Below, in pieces: positions 28,723 through 38,828 of a DNA stretch of 64,000 nt. The first letter of the stretch is position 1. The number at the start of each line of letters is the position of its first letter. The stretch is from Candidatus Latescibacterota bacterium (lineage in GTDB: Bacteria; Latescibacterota; UBA2968): NCBI GenBank assembly GCA_965204745.1, contig OZ242010.1, forward strand, positions 2,688,001-2,752,000, written 5' to 3'. A program made the translations under genes and the position numbers. The notes under the pieces are model-generated. The model was not told the DNA's origin and made no database searches. It worked only from the letters and a program-made list of their open reading frames with translations.

Positions 28723-29143
28723 CGTCCTCTCCAATGATCTTCGCAAGCTCTTGGGCGTCGGCGATGAACCGGGGCAACAATTCCAATGTTTGCTCGGCGA
28801 AATCCCCGCCGTATTGATGCGCGGTGTCGTTGCGATTGTCGCGGTATTTCAGCCAGCGTTCGCAACTTTCAGCGGAAATCAACCCGTGCTTGACAGCATA
28901 CCGAAAAACGTCTCTGAAATTGAGGCGGTCAGCCTGACGGTTGGAGGCGAAAAAGGGTTGTAGCCGCTTTTTCAACAGACTGCCGCACTGCTCCAAGACG
29001 ATTTCAAACTCCTTGACACAGGCAGCGCGGTAAATGTCGTAGATGATCTCGTCCGAATCCTGCTGCTGGATCTCCTCAAATGCAACGATCAGGGTTTGGA
29101 TGCACCGGTTGAGGTAGTCTGTGTTGATGGTCATGGTCGGCAT
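28712..29143 (-). CDS. HI0074-type HEPN (NTase substrate-binding) protein
   Basis: KEFEIVLE, RNDTAH (Rx4H) motif; paired with the MNT gene. Confidence 0.9.
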   Translation of the reverse strand: MPTMTINTDYLNRCIQTLIVAFEEIQQQDSDEIIYDIYRAACVKEFEIVLEQCGSLLKKRLQPFFASNRQADRLNFRDVFRYAVKHGLISAESCERWLKYRDNRNDTAHQYGGDFAEQTLELLPRFIADAQELAKIIGEDDEN

Positions 29144-29171
29144 TTTTGATGTGGGGGCGTATCGCTTGACT

Positions 29172-30116
29172 TCAATACCCCTTTTGTTTGTCGATCACGC
29201 TGAGCATTTCTTCGCCCTGTCTGAAACGCCGCAAGTTCTCGCAAAACAGGTTCACGATGCGATCTTGTCTGTTGGGCGACCCGCCTGCGGTGTGCGGCGT
29301 GATGATGACATTGGGCATGCGCCACAGGGGATGATCGTCTAACAGGGGTTCTTCGGGCGTCACGTCTAGACCCGCGCCTGCGATCTGTCCCTTTTCCAAT
29401 GCCGCGAGCAGTGCGTTTTCATCCATGATTTTGCCCCGCGTGACATTGATCAAAAGCGCGTGCGCCTGCATCTTGGCAAAAGCCATGCGATTGAAAAGCC
29501 CGTGCGTTTCTTTTGTCAATGGGCAACAGACCACCACGACATCGGATGCGGATAACAGATCGTAAAAGCGATCCATGCGCCAGCAGGCCGATACGCAATC
29601 GGGCACGGCGACCGCTTCGGGATCTGCTGCGATAATTTTCATGCCAAACGCATGCGCGCGCACGGCCACCTCTTGCCCGGTGCCGCCCAATCCCACAATG
29701 CCCATGGTTTTGTCGATCAATTCCCACGATGCGCGGCGAATGGGCATGCGCTCGTTCCAATCGGGTGTTCTAATCGCGCGTGCGATGCCTCGGGTCAACC
29801 CGAGCAACAGGGCCATCGCGTGTTCGGACAAATGGACGCCCACCGTGCCCTTCGCGCTGGTCAAGATGACCTCGCTGTGGACAAATTCGGGATACATCAT
29901 CCCATCCACGCCCGCGCCCCATGTTTGCACCCACTTCAGGCGTTCGGCGCGTTTGAACATGTCGCGGCTCATGCCTCCAAAAATGATGTCGATCTCGGGC
30001 ATCACCGCCAGCGCATCGCCCTGCGACGCGGGGATGATCAGGTCGATATCCCCAAACGCGGCTCGAATCTGCGCGACGTGGTGATCGTCCAAGCGGTCAT
30101 TGATCAAAACTTTCAC
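29172..30116 (-). CDS. D-2-hydroxyacid dehydrogenase
   Basis: GLGGTG, INVTRG, LDVTPEEP, TPHTAG. Confidence 0.93.
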   Translation of the reverse strand: MKVLINDRLDDHHVAQIRAAFGDIDLIIPASQGDALAVMPEIDIIFGGMSRDMFKRAERLKWVQTWGAGVDGMMYPEFVHSEVILTSAKGTVGVHLSEHAMALLLGLTRGIARAIRTPDWNERMPIRRASWELIDKTMGIVGLGGTGQEVAVRAHAFGMKIIAADPEAVAVPDCVSACWRMDRFYDLLSASDVVVVCCPLTKETHGLFNRMAFAKMQAHALLINVTRGKIMDENALLAALEKGQIAGAGLDVTPEEPLLDDHPLWRMPNVIITPHTAGGSPNRQDRIVNLFCENLRRFRQGEEMLSVIDKQKGY

Positions 30117-30290
30117 GACAACCTCCTATACAAATCTACGGAACGGGGTACAACTATCCGTTAGCGGTCAGAAATCAATACGGCCGGATGGCTTTTCACG
30201 CCTTCGGGCGGCTGGGCGGTCTTCTTCCCTCTCGCGTCTCACCTCTTACCGCTTTGGGCGGCTGGGTGGGGACTGACTACTGACCACTGA

Positions 30291-31295
30291 CTACTGACCA
30301 CTGACTCTTGCGTCTGCCATCTTACTTTTCTTGTACGCCGCGGACTTGAGGCCGTGCTCGGCCATACGCAACTGAAAATACTGTCGGCCAATGCCGCATT
30401 GGCGCGCGGCCTGCGTGACATTGCCCCGGGTTCGCATCAACGCTCGGTGGAGGTACGCCCGCATGAACCTACGCATCGCGTTCTGGCGGGCCTCCTTAAA
30501 CGGCTGCTCAAAAACATCTTTTTTTTTCATTGCACCGCGAATGCGCGGGGGTAGATCAGACACATGGATCAGGTCGCCATCGCCCATCAGCAACAACCGG
30601 GCGACCTCGTTTTGCAACTCGCGCACATTGCCCGGCCAGGGATAGCACGCCATCTGTTGCATGGTTTCCGAGGAAAACGTGCGCGTGCGTCCATTGTTCT
30701 GTTGGGAAAAGTGCGCGACCAAAAGGGGCAGGTCGCTCTGCCGCTTCCGCAGGGGCGGTATGTAGATGGGCACCACATTTAAGCGGTAAAACAGGTCTTC
30801 TCGAAACGTCCCCTCGCGCATCATTTGCCGCAAATTGCAGTGCGTTGCGGTGATCAGGCGCACATTGGATTTGTGGATGGTGGTCTCGCCCAAGCGGCGA
30901 AATTCCCACTCTTGAATGAGGCGGAGAAATTGCAACTGGAGATCGGTTGCCAACTCGCCTATTTCATCGAGAAATAGGGTGCCGCCCTGGGCGGCTTCGA
31001 CCAAGCCAGAGCGCGTTTCACTCGCGCCGGTAAACGCGCCGCGCACATAGCCGAACAACTCGCTACGCCCCAAATCAGACGAGAGCAACCCGCAATCCAC
31101 CGCGATAAATGGCCTCTTGTTGCGGTGGCTGATGTCGTGAATATAACGCGCGAGCAACTCCTTGCCCGTGCCGGTTTCACCCGTGATATTGACGGGCAGT
31201 TCGCTATTTGCCACGCGACACGCCCGCCTCCGCACTTCCAAAAGCAAGGGGTGCTCTCCCGTAAAGGGCCATTTATTGCGTTTGGATTTTTGCAT
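30291..31295 (-). CDS. Sigma-54-dependent Fis-family activator lacking a sensor domain
   Basis: [30 protein letters not shown]-terminal HTH. Confidence 0.93.
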   Translation of the reverse strand: MQKSKRNKWPFTGEHPLLLEVRRRACRVANSELPVNITGETGTGKELLARYIHDISHRNKRPFIAVDCGLLSSDLGRSELFGYVRGAFTGASETRSGLVEAAQGGTLFLDEIGELATDLQLQFLRLIQEWEFRRLGETTIHKSNVRLITATHCNLRQMMREGTFREDLFYRLNVVPIYIPPLRKRQSDLPLLVAHFSQQNNGRTRTFSSETMQQMACYPWPGNVRELQNEVARLLLMGDGDLIHVSDLPPRIRGAMKKKDVFEQPFKEARQNAMRRFMRAYLHRALMRTRGNVTQAARQCGIGRQYFQLRMAEHGLKSAAYKKSKMADARVSGQ

Positions 31296-31489
31296 GCTAT
31301 CCCTCCCGTTGCAAAAGATCATAATGAGAAATCGCCACGACACAAAGCGAAACATAGCATCCACTATGCCTCAATGAATGCCATGGATCGCGCCGCGCAA
31401 CAGTGCCGCTGGCGTAATCAAACGAGATATTACAGCGGGAATATTACAGCAAAATTAAGTCCATGTAAAAAGGGCGTTTCTTCTTATTT

Positions 31490-31714
31490 TTACCCATTGT
31501 CCGATGAATTGAATTGAACGATCTTCTTCCATAAAATTTGCCCTTCCGAATCGCAGAACGCTTTCATAAACGCCATCGTAAATTTGTTGATGACCTTGCT
31601 GTACTCATTCAAAAACCGATCATTTTTTTCCTTTGCCCGATGTCCAAGTGGTTCAATAATTTCAGTATATAAGGACTCATTCGCGGTGATTTCATGTTGT
31701 GTGATGGGCTTCAT
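31490..31714 (-). pseudogene. Internally deleted type II restriction endonuclease (PmeII-like) remnant
   Basis: LYTEIIEPLGHRAKEKN...INKFT..F...G.I.W.KIVQFNS; overlaps the MTase stop. Confidence 0.6.
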
Positions 31715-32555
31715 AGGGAGTCTTTTCTTCAAAGAGGGTGTATTGGGCGGGCGTGGTATTTTTTATGGCCAGTTCGTAATTTTCCGGCAAGACTTCGATT
31801 CCCACCGAGTTTCTGCCCATCTCGCGGGCCACCTGACAGGTCGTGCCCGAACCGACAAATGGATCGAGTACCCAATCGCGCTCTTGCGTGAAAAGTTTAA
31901 TAAACCATGCGGGTAGTGTTTTGGGGAACACTGCGCTGTGTTTTTTATTGCCGCATTCCGTTGCCAGATGGAGCACATTGGTCGGATAAACCATGTCGCG
32001 GCCAATCCAGTTGGATACCTTTTTTCCAAAACCACTTTGAGCTTTGGATTCATCTCGGATTTTGTCCGTCTCGCTCAATTTGCTTAACCGGCCTTCTGCC
32101 CACTCGCCCACGGGCAACATGACCGCCTCTTGATACATGTTGAATTTCCGATTTTTGTTGAATTGCAAGCAACGTTCCCATGCGTCGCGGAATCGATTGG
32201 GCCATTTCCCGGGGTAACAGTTTTTTTTGTGCCAGATAAATTCCTCGGTCCACAACCACCCCTGTTCGCGCATCGCCAAAATGAGTGCCAAGACATAGGT
32301 GTGTCGCTCCCCATTGACCGCTTTCTCCTTGATATTCAAAATGAATGTGCCCGTGGGTTTCAAAACCCGGATCATCTCTCGCGTTCTGGGCAAAAACCAC
32401 GCCACATAATCATCCGGCTTAATACCGCCATAAGTATTTTCACGGCTGTCGGCATACGGGGGAGAGGTGACGATCAAATCAAACCGGTTGTCTGGCATTT
32501 CCGAAAGCACGTCCAGACAATCCCCCAAGCGAATATCGGTCTTCAATTCTGCCAC
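31692..32555 (-). CDS. Beta-class N4/N6 DNA methyltransferase
   Basis: VTSPPY, HSAVFP, VLDPFVGSGTT. Confidence 0.93.
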   Translation of the reverse strand: MAELKTDIRLGDCLDVLSEMPDNRFDLIVTSPPYADSRENTYGGIKPDDYVAWFLPRTREMIRVLKPTGTFILNIKEKAVNGERHTYVLALILAMREQGWLWTEEFIWHKKNCYPGKWPNRFRDAWERCLQFNKNRKFNMYQEAVMLPVGEWAEGRLSKLSETDKIRDESKAQSGFGKKVSNWIGRDMVYPTNVLHLATECGNKKHSAVFPKTLPAWFIKLFTQERDWVLDPFVGSGTTCQVAREMGRNSVGIEVLPENYELAIKNTTPAQYTLFEEKTPYEAHHTT

Positions 32556-32584
32556 CAAAACCTCCTTGAATCGCACCGATCTAC

Positions 32585-34705
32585 TTAGACGAACCGCAAC
32601 AGATTTAACGGATGCCAGACCGCGTGGGCCGTGCCTTCTGACAGGTGGAGGGCGCACACGCTGCTTTCCGTGACAATGGCCTCCACGTCCGCGTCTTTGA
32701 ATCCCTCGAAGAGCGGCTCGCCAACGGCCTGTGACAAGTCGTAGCCGAGGGGCCCGGCTTTTAGGCCAAATGTGCCCGCCATCCCGCAGCAAGTGCCGGT
32801 TTCGATGAGCGCGACTTCTGCGCCGCGGGCGCGCAAAAATGCCATCGCGTGTTCGCCCGCGCCCAAGGGCCGTTGGTGACAAGGGATGTGGAAGCCAAAT
32901 TTGCGCCCGGCCAGGGCATCGCGTTCACCTGCGGCAACATCGCCTTTGAGCAGGGATAAAAACTCGAAAAACTCAAACGTGTGATCGGCAACCGCAACCG
33001 CGTCTTCGGCTTTGTCGAGCAACTTGGGATATGAAATTTTCAGGCAGTACGCGGCGGTCGGCTCCGTGGCGACCACCTCGTACCCCTGTTCGACATAAGG
33101 CGCGAGAAAATCCACATTCTCGCGTGCGACCTCGCGCGCCTTTTTCAGATCGCCATATCCGATATAGGGATACCCACACCCCTGTTGCCGCGGGATAATG
33201 ACCTCGCAACCGCGTGCCTCCAAGCATTCAATCGCGGCCATGCCCAAATCGGGGTCATTGTAATTGGCGAATAAATCCGTGAAAAACGCCACCTTTCGCA
33301 CCGGATTTGCAACGGGCGACGGCCCGCGCTTTGCAAAGCGTTTCACGAGGGTCTTGCGGCTGAAGTTGGGCAACTGCCGCCGCCGGTCGATCCCCATCGC
33401 CTTTTCCATTGCCCAGCGCACCCAGGCATTGCCCATCAGCCAGTTGGACACGGGCGCGGTCAAACTGCCCATCTTCGCCGCCCTTTCCGCGGCCATCAGC
33501 ATCTTGTTCACGCGCGGATGCGGATTGACTTCGCTGTCTCGGTCTTTGACCCCGGCGATCATCATCGGGATGTCGATCTCGGCCGGGCAGATCTCCTTGC
33601 ACAACCCGCACGAAATGCACAGGGGCGCGAAATCGCCCGCCTTATCCAAGCCGTGAACCTCGGATGTCCAAGGTATGCCGATGGGGCCGGGATAGATGTG
33701 CCCAAACGCATGCCCGCCCACCACGCCATAGGTCGGGCAGATGTTCATACACGCGCCGCAGCGAATGCAGTTGAGCGCGTCTGAAAACAGGGGGTCTTCC
33801 TGCATCGCGGAACGCCCATTGTCCAAAATGATGATGTGCGATTCCCGCGGCGTTTTGCCATCGATCCCCAACGGCGACCTGCCCCCCATCCACGTCACAT
33901 AAGTCGTCGTGTGCTGCCCGACCGCGCTGACCGGATGCGCCAACATCATCATGATGGCATCGTCTGTGGTCTCCACCACTTTTTCGCGCCCCATAATGCA
34001 GATATGCACATCCGGAATGCTCGACACCAGACGGGCATTGCCCTCGTTGGTCTCGATCAAAATCGCGCCGGATTCGGCAACGCCCACATTCGCCCCGGTC
34101 ATGCCGATATCCGCAGTCAAAAAAATCGGGCGCAGGTATTGGCGCACCACTTTCATAATCGCATCCACGTCGTGGGGCACGCCCTCGCCGGTCTCTTTCT
34201 CGAAAATCTCGGCGACTTCGACCGCGGTCTTATGCACGGCGGGAAAGACGAGATGGAACGGTTTTTCATGCACCTTTTGGATGATCAACTCGCCGAGATC
34301 CGTCTCGATGACCTCCATGCCCGCGTCCTCTATCGGGTGGTTGACCTCGATCTCCTCGCTCGTCAGGGATTTTGATTTGGCCACGGTCTTGGCGTTCTTC
34401 TCCGCGGCGAGTTTCAAAATATAGTCGATAGCCGCGGCCCCGTCTTCTGCGAGAAAGACCTTGGCCCCGCGCGCCTCGACTCGCGCCGCGAATCGATTGA
34501 CCAAATCGTCCAATGTCGCGGTGCATCGCACTTTGATCTCGCGCACCGCTTTGCGAAACGCCTCGCCTTGGGGCAACATCCCAATCGCTGCCCGCCGCGA
34601 ATCCCGCGCCCGCTTGACCGCGTTGTAGAGCTGATCGCGCTTCGGCTTTTCCCGCAACGCCGTTTCTATCTTCGCGTACAAATTTTCATACCGTCGACTC
34701 GCCAT
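32585..34705 (-). CDS. LutB/LldF-like LUD-domain Fe-S protein fused to GlpC-like CCG domains
   Basis: KSKS.TSEE, ETDLGE, TNEGN, CIRCGACMNICP, CISCGLCKEICP, TCCGMAGTFG. Confidence 0.88.
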   Translation of the reverse strand: MASRRYENLYAKIETALREKPKRDQLYNAVKRARDSRRAAIGMLPQGEAFRKAVREIKVRCTATLDDLVNRFAARVEARGAKVFLAEDGAAAIDYILKLAAEKNAKTVAKSKSLTSEEIEVNHPIEDAGMEVIETDLGELIIQKVHEKPFHLVFPAVHKTAVEVAEIFEKETGEGVPHDVDAIMKVVRQYLRPIFLTADIGMTGANVGVAESGAILIETNEGNARLVSSIPDVHICIMGREKVVETTDDAIMMMLAHPVSAVGQHTTTYVTWMGGRSPLGIDGKTPRESHIIILDNGRSAMQEDPLFSDALNCIRCGACMNICPTYGVVGGHAFGHIYPGPIGIPWTSEVHGLDKAGDFAPLCISCGLCKEICPAEIDIPMMIAGVKDRDSEVNPHPRVNKMLMAAERAAKMGSLTAPVSNWLMGNAWVRWAMEKAMGIDRRRQLPNFSRKTLVKRFAKRGPSPVANPVRKVAFFTDLFANYNDPDLGMAAIECLEARGCEVIIPRQQGCGYPYIGYGDLKKAREVARENVDFLAPYVEQGYEVVATEPTAAYCLKISYPKLLDKAEDAVAVADHTFEFFEFLSLLKGDVAAGERDALAGRKFGFHIPCHQRPLGAGEHAMAFLRARGAEVALIETGTCCGMAGTFGLKAGPLGYDLSQAVGEPLFEGFKDADVEAIVTESSVCALHLSEGTAHAVWHPLNLLRFV

Positions 34706-34792
34706 ATCGAATCCTCCAAAGAACGGAACGGACCACTGACCGCTTATTATACCGATTTCAATCCCCAGTTGGAAGTCAAAATTTTTCACTGT

Positions 34793-35857
34793 TCAGCGCA
34801 GGCATTCGGAGAGAACCGAGAGGATTTCCGCGACTGCGTCTCGGTCGCGCCACTCGGCCATGGATCGGCAAAGCACATCGCTTTGTGCGCGGAGATCGCG
34901 GATGGCTTTGCAGAGCGTGGCGGCCGTGAGATCGCCTTCCGAGAGCACGAGGCTGTAACCTGCGCGTTGAAATGCTCGGGCGTTTTCGATTTGATCGCCG
35001 CGACTGGCTTGGCGGGACAAGGGGATCAAGAGCGCGGGCTTTTGCAACGCGAGGAGTTCAAAGAGGGTGGTCGCACCTGCGCGCGAGACGACCCCCTCTG
35101 CTGCGGCAAAAAAATGGGGCAGGTCGTCTGTGGCGTATTCAAATTGCGCGTACCCCTCGGTCTTGCCGAGGGCCGCATCGAGATTGCCCTGCCCACACAG
35201 GTGACAGATTTGGTACTCGGCGAGCAAATCGGGCAGTGCAGCGCGCACCGCCGCGTTCACCGCACGCGACCCCAGGCTGCCCCCCATGATGAGCACAATG
35301 GGTTTTGCCGATGTAAAGCCGCACAGGGCGCGGCCCTTTTGGGCCTTGCCTTGCATGAGTTCTGCGCGCACGGGAATGCCCGTATGAACCGCTTTTTCCG
35401 CGGGCAGGTATTGGGCGGTTTCGGCAAAGGCATGGCAGATGCGGCGGGCAAACGGCAAGGCGAGTTTGTTCGCCAACCCCGGCGTGAGGTCAGACTCGTG
35501 GATGACGACCGGAATGCGCTGCAACCACGCGGCCCATATCATCGGCGGGGTGACGAAGCCCCCCTTGCTAAAGACGATGTCGGGTTTGATGCGGGACAGG
35601 AGGAACAGGGATTTGAGAAATCCGAGTTTGATGCGAAAGATGTCCGTAAAATTTTGCCAGGCGAGATAGCGGCGGAGTTTGCCTGCGGGCACGGCAGAAT
35701 AGGGAAGGCCTTCGCGGGCGATCAGCTTTTGCTCAATGCCGTCTCGCGTGCCGATGTAGTGCATGTCATAACCGGCCGCGCGCAACCTTGGCAACAACGC
35801 GATATTGGGGGTAACGTGCCCGGCCGTACCCCCGCCAATGAGAACGATAGTCGGCAA
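34793..35857 (-). CDS. murG: MurG glycosyltransferase
   Basis: GGGTAGHVTPN, SKGGFV, MGGSLG, SRAGA, RGDQIENA. Confidence 0.93.
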   Translation of the reverse strand: MPTIVLIGGGTAGHVTPNIALLPRLRAAGYDMHYIGTRDGIEQKLIAREGLPYSAVPAGKLRRYLAWQNFTDIFRIKLGFLKSLFLLSRIKPDIVFSKGGFVTPPMIWAAWLQRIPVVIHESDLTPGLANKLALPFARRICHAFAETAQYLPAEKAVHTGIPVRAELMQGKAQKGRALCGFTSAKPIVLIMGGSLGSRAVNAAVRAALPDLLAEYQICHLCGQGNLDAALGKTEGYAQFEYATDDLPHFFAAAEGVVSRAGATTLFELLALQKPALLIPLSRQASRGDQIENARAFQRAGYSLVLSEGDLTAATLCKAIRDLRAQSDVLCRSMAEWRDRDAVAEILSVLSECLR

Positions 35858-36017
35858 AAATGCCTCCTGTGCGCGATTTGAAAATGACAAAAAATATAGC
35901 GAGGATGCGAAAAATGTTCCACGACGATATTGCAAAAAATCCGATTATACGCTATATTTTGTTTGAAAACGCAATCCCATGTGAACCCATCGCTATTTTA
36001 AAAGAAAGGAGCGATCT

Positions 36018-36809
36018 ATGGTGACATTCAGCGATGAAGAATTGATTGACGTGTTCAGCCGGCAATTACCCGATCTATTAGAACGCCGCCCAGAACTCGA
36101 GCCGGTGATTTTCCAGGGGTTCTTGAAAGCGTTCGTGCGCCGCGAAGAACTGGCCGTGATCTTGGACGAATTGCGCGAGTTGCGCGCTGAGGTCGATCAA
36201 CGCTTTGAGCAAGTCGATCAACGTTTCGAGCAAGTCGATCAACGCTTTGAACAAGTCGATCAACGCCTTGAGCGAGCAGAGGGAGCGACAAATGCCTTGC
36301 GCGCAGAGATGAACCAACGTTTCGAGCAAGTCGATCAACGCTTCGAACAGATGGAAAAAAAGATAGAGGCGTTTCGCAAAGAGATGGATCAGCGTTTCGA
36401 GGAGGTGGAAGCGCGTATGGTTGACCTCGAGTTCGGACTCCATCAGGCCATTGATCGACTGGGATCGCGCTGGGGAATCCGCAATGAAATCGTGTTTCGC
36501 AAGACCATTGCCACATTGCTTGAGGAATCCTTTGGGGTTGAGGTCGAGCAACGCGTCATCGAGGGCGAACAATTCGACGTCGTCATTTACGACCATCAGC
36601 ATATCCTTATCGAAATCGCCGCGAGCGTGGGGCGCACCATTGGAGAGCGTCTGGAACGCAAGCGTCTTCTGTACACCAAGTCCACCGGAATCGAACCCAC
36701 GCGGATCATTCTGGCCACGGCGGATATCCACAGCCACCGGGCGCAAGTCCTGCGCGATAAGGGCATTGAGGTCATCGAACCCGAAGAACCCGACTATAGC
36801 AAAATTTGA
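36018..36809 (+). CDS. Coiled-coil heptad-repeat protein with DUF3782/PD-(D/E)XK-like C-terminus
   Basis: (EQVDQRF)n 21-bp repeats; LGSRWG..E..FR; FDVVI...IEI. Confidence 0.7.
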   Translation: MVTFSDEELIDVFSRQLPDLLERRPELEPVIFQGFLKAFVRREELAVILDELRELRAEVDQRFEQVDQRFEQVDQRFEQVDQRLERAEGATNALRAEMNQRFEQVDQRFEQMEKKIEAFRKEMDQRFEEVEARMVDLEFGLHQAIDRLGSRWGIRNEIVFRKTIATLLEESFGVEVEQRVIEGEQFDVVIYDHQHILIEIAASVGRTIGERLERKRLLYTKSTGIEPTRIILATADIHSHRAQVLRDKGIEVIEPEEPDYSKI

Positions 36810-36944
36810 CGGGGATATACTCGCAACGTTGGGATATTTATGTCCAATGGCGGATAGAGACACCCGAAGTCATCACCGTATGGCTTCGGGTGTTTTGCTT
36901 TTATCGTCATATCGGCGAATCGACGGAAAGGTGTACAGCGGATC

Positions 36945-37155
36945 GCCTTTTGGGCGGCTGGGCGGCCTTCTTCCCTCTTGCGTCTCACCTCTTACCGCTT
37001 TGGGCGGCCCTCTTCCCTCTTGCGTCTCACCTTTTGTGCCTTTTGTGCTTTTGAACTGGCTATCGCCAGTTGTACCCCGCTCGTGGCTAAAATCCCATCT
37101 TGTATCTCACGTCTCACCTTTTACCGCTTTGGGCGGCTGGGCAGGGACTGACCAC
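36945..37155. repeat. Composite intergenic repeat cluster
   Basis: TTCCCTCTTGCGTCTCACCT, TTTGGGCGGCTGGG and CAGTTGTACCCC modules shared with 30205-30305 and 51660-51870. Confidence 0.75.
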
Positions 37156-37253
37156 TATTCTCAGTTGCTCGATCGTCGTTTTCGCAAACGTCTCTGTGGG
37201 GTCAAAGATGCGTTGTTTTGAGAGAATTTCGCCCGCGAATATTGAAGACCCAA

Positions 37254-38828
37254 TTACCCCCGCTTTTGCGCGATGAGCAGAAAATTCCACGCATCGCTCT
37301 CCACGCGGTGCAAGCGATCTAAAAACGACGCGCCGAGTTGGATAAAGAAAAAGCCAATTCGCACAAAAGGGATGAGAGGCCCGCGGTCAAATCGCGCCAA
37401 ATAATAGCAGAATCGCGCCCCGGCCGTGACCCAAAATCCCGCGAGTGCGTGGGTTTTGCAGATGGCGAGACCCGCCCGTTCCGCGAGATGGCGCAGGCCG
37501 TAGGGCGTAAAGCGAAAATAATCGTGCGGGACTTCGTGCAAGCCCCAAATATGCGGCGCGGTGACGATGAGGTAGCCCCCGGGGCGCAACACGCGCGCCA
37601 TTTCATCCATTGCGACTTGCGGCTCGGGAACGTGTTCCAAAACCTGATTGCACAATGCGGTATCGAAGGCGCGGTCCCGAAACGGAAGGGCGAGCGCATC
37701 GCCCCACACATCGACCTGTTCGTATCGCCCGCGACTTTTTTCCAAGCCGATGTAGTGTTGCACATACCCCTCAAAGATGGCGGCATAAGGTTTGTTGCCG
37801 CATCCCACATCGAGCAATCGTCCGCTCGCCAGTCCCTTCACCTCGTCCATCGCCTGCCGCATGATGCGGTGGATCAACCAGTTTTTCCCGAAAACCGGGC
37901 GCCCATCGCGTCTATCGCCTTCCATAGCCACGCGGGAGAGGCCGAGCCACGCGACGCTTGCGAGGCATAACGCGCCGAGGCACGCGAGCCAATACCCAAA
38001 GGCGACCGCAATGCTCAACGCGCATACGACGAGGCCCGCCAACCACATCAGGGCGACCGCAACGCGCACGGACAGGCCGCATTGCACCAACCGCTGGGCG
38101 ACGTGATCGCGGCTCGGTCGTACAATAGAACGGCCTTTGGCAAATCGCATCGCGCTGATGAACAATGCCTCAAAAGTGGGGACGCCCAGCGCGATGAACG
38201 GCGCGACAACGCCGCTGATACCGCCCGCCCGATTGACGACTGCAACGCCCATGCTGCTCAACAAAAAGCCGAACAACAGGCTTCCGGCATCCCCCATGTA
38301 GATGCGTGCGGGGTGGATGTTGTGCGCCAAATAGCCCCACAACGCGCCCGCTACCACCAGTGCCCAATGGCCCGCGCCCATCAGGTACAAGGTCAGGGAT
38401 GCAATGACGCCGATGCCCGCCGACAGGCCGTCTGCCATGTCCAGCACATTGAACGCATGGCACATCCACACCAGCCACAGAACGGTCAACGCGCCATCGA
38501 TCCAGACGACCTCGGCGAGATGGATGCGATGCCCTAGGCCTGTGGCGATGCCCGCAACCGCGAGGGTCAAAGCGAATTTGTGCAGGGGAGGGAACGGGCG
38601 CCAGTCGTCCACGAAGCCGATCAGGGCCATCCCCAAGGCGCCCACAGCGAGCCCTTGCGGGAGCGCGGCAAAGGGAAAAACACAAAAAAGAGCGGCCAGC
38701 AAAGCTGGACCGCCCAACGTGGAGACCGGCACCCCAAACCGGCGCGTGCGTTTTGCAATCAGACGCGCGAGTGCCACAAACAAAATCGCCAGAATCGCAG
38801 AAACGTGAAATATGATATTGGGCGTCAA
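37254..38828 (-). CDS. MraY/WecA-family phosphotransferase fused to class I SAM methyltransferase
   Basis: GFVDD, FNVLDMADGL, YMGDAGS; then LLDVGCG, VLEHV, VLRPGG. Confidence 0.82.
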   Translation of the reverse strand: MTPNIIFHVSAILAILFVALARLIAKRTRRFGVPVSTLGGPALLAALFCVFPFAALPQGLAVGALGMALIGFVDDWRPFPPLHKFALTLAVAGIATGLGHRIHLAEVVWIDGALTVLWLVWMCHAFNVLDMADGLSAGIGVIASLTLYLMGAGHWALVVAGALWGYLAHNIHPARIYMGDAGSLLFGFLLSSMGVAVVNRAGGISGVVAPFIALGVPTFEALFISAMRFAKGRSIVRPSRDHVAQRLVQCGLSVRVAVALMWLAGLVVCALSIAVAFGYWLACLGALCLASVAWLGLSRVAMEGDRRDGRPVFGKNWLIHRIMRQAMDEVKGLASGRLLDVGCGNKPYAAIFEGYVQHYIGLEKSRGRYEQVDVWGDALALPFRDRAFDTALCNQVLEHVPEPQVAMDEMARVLRPGGYLIVTAPHIWGLHEVPHDYFRFTPYGLRHLAERAGLAICKTHALAGFWVTAGARFCYYLARFDRGPLIPFVRIGFFFIQLGASFLDRLHRVESDAWNFLLIAQKRG

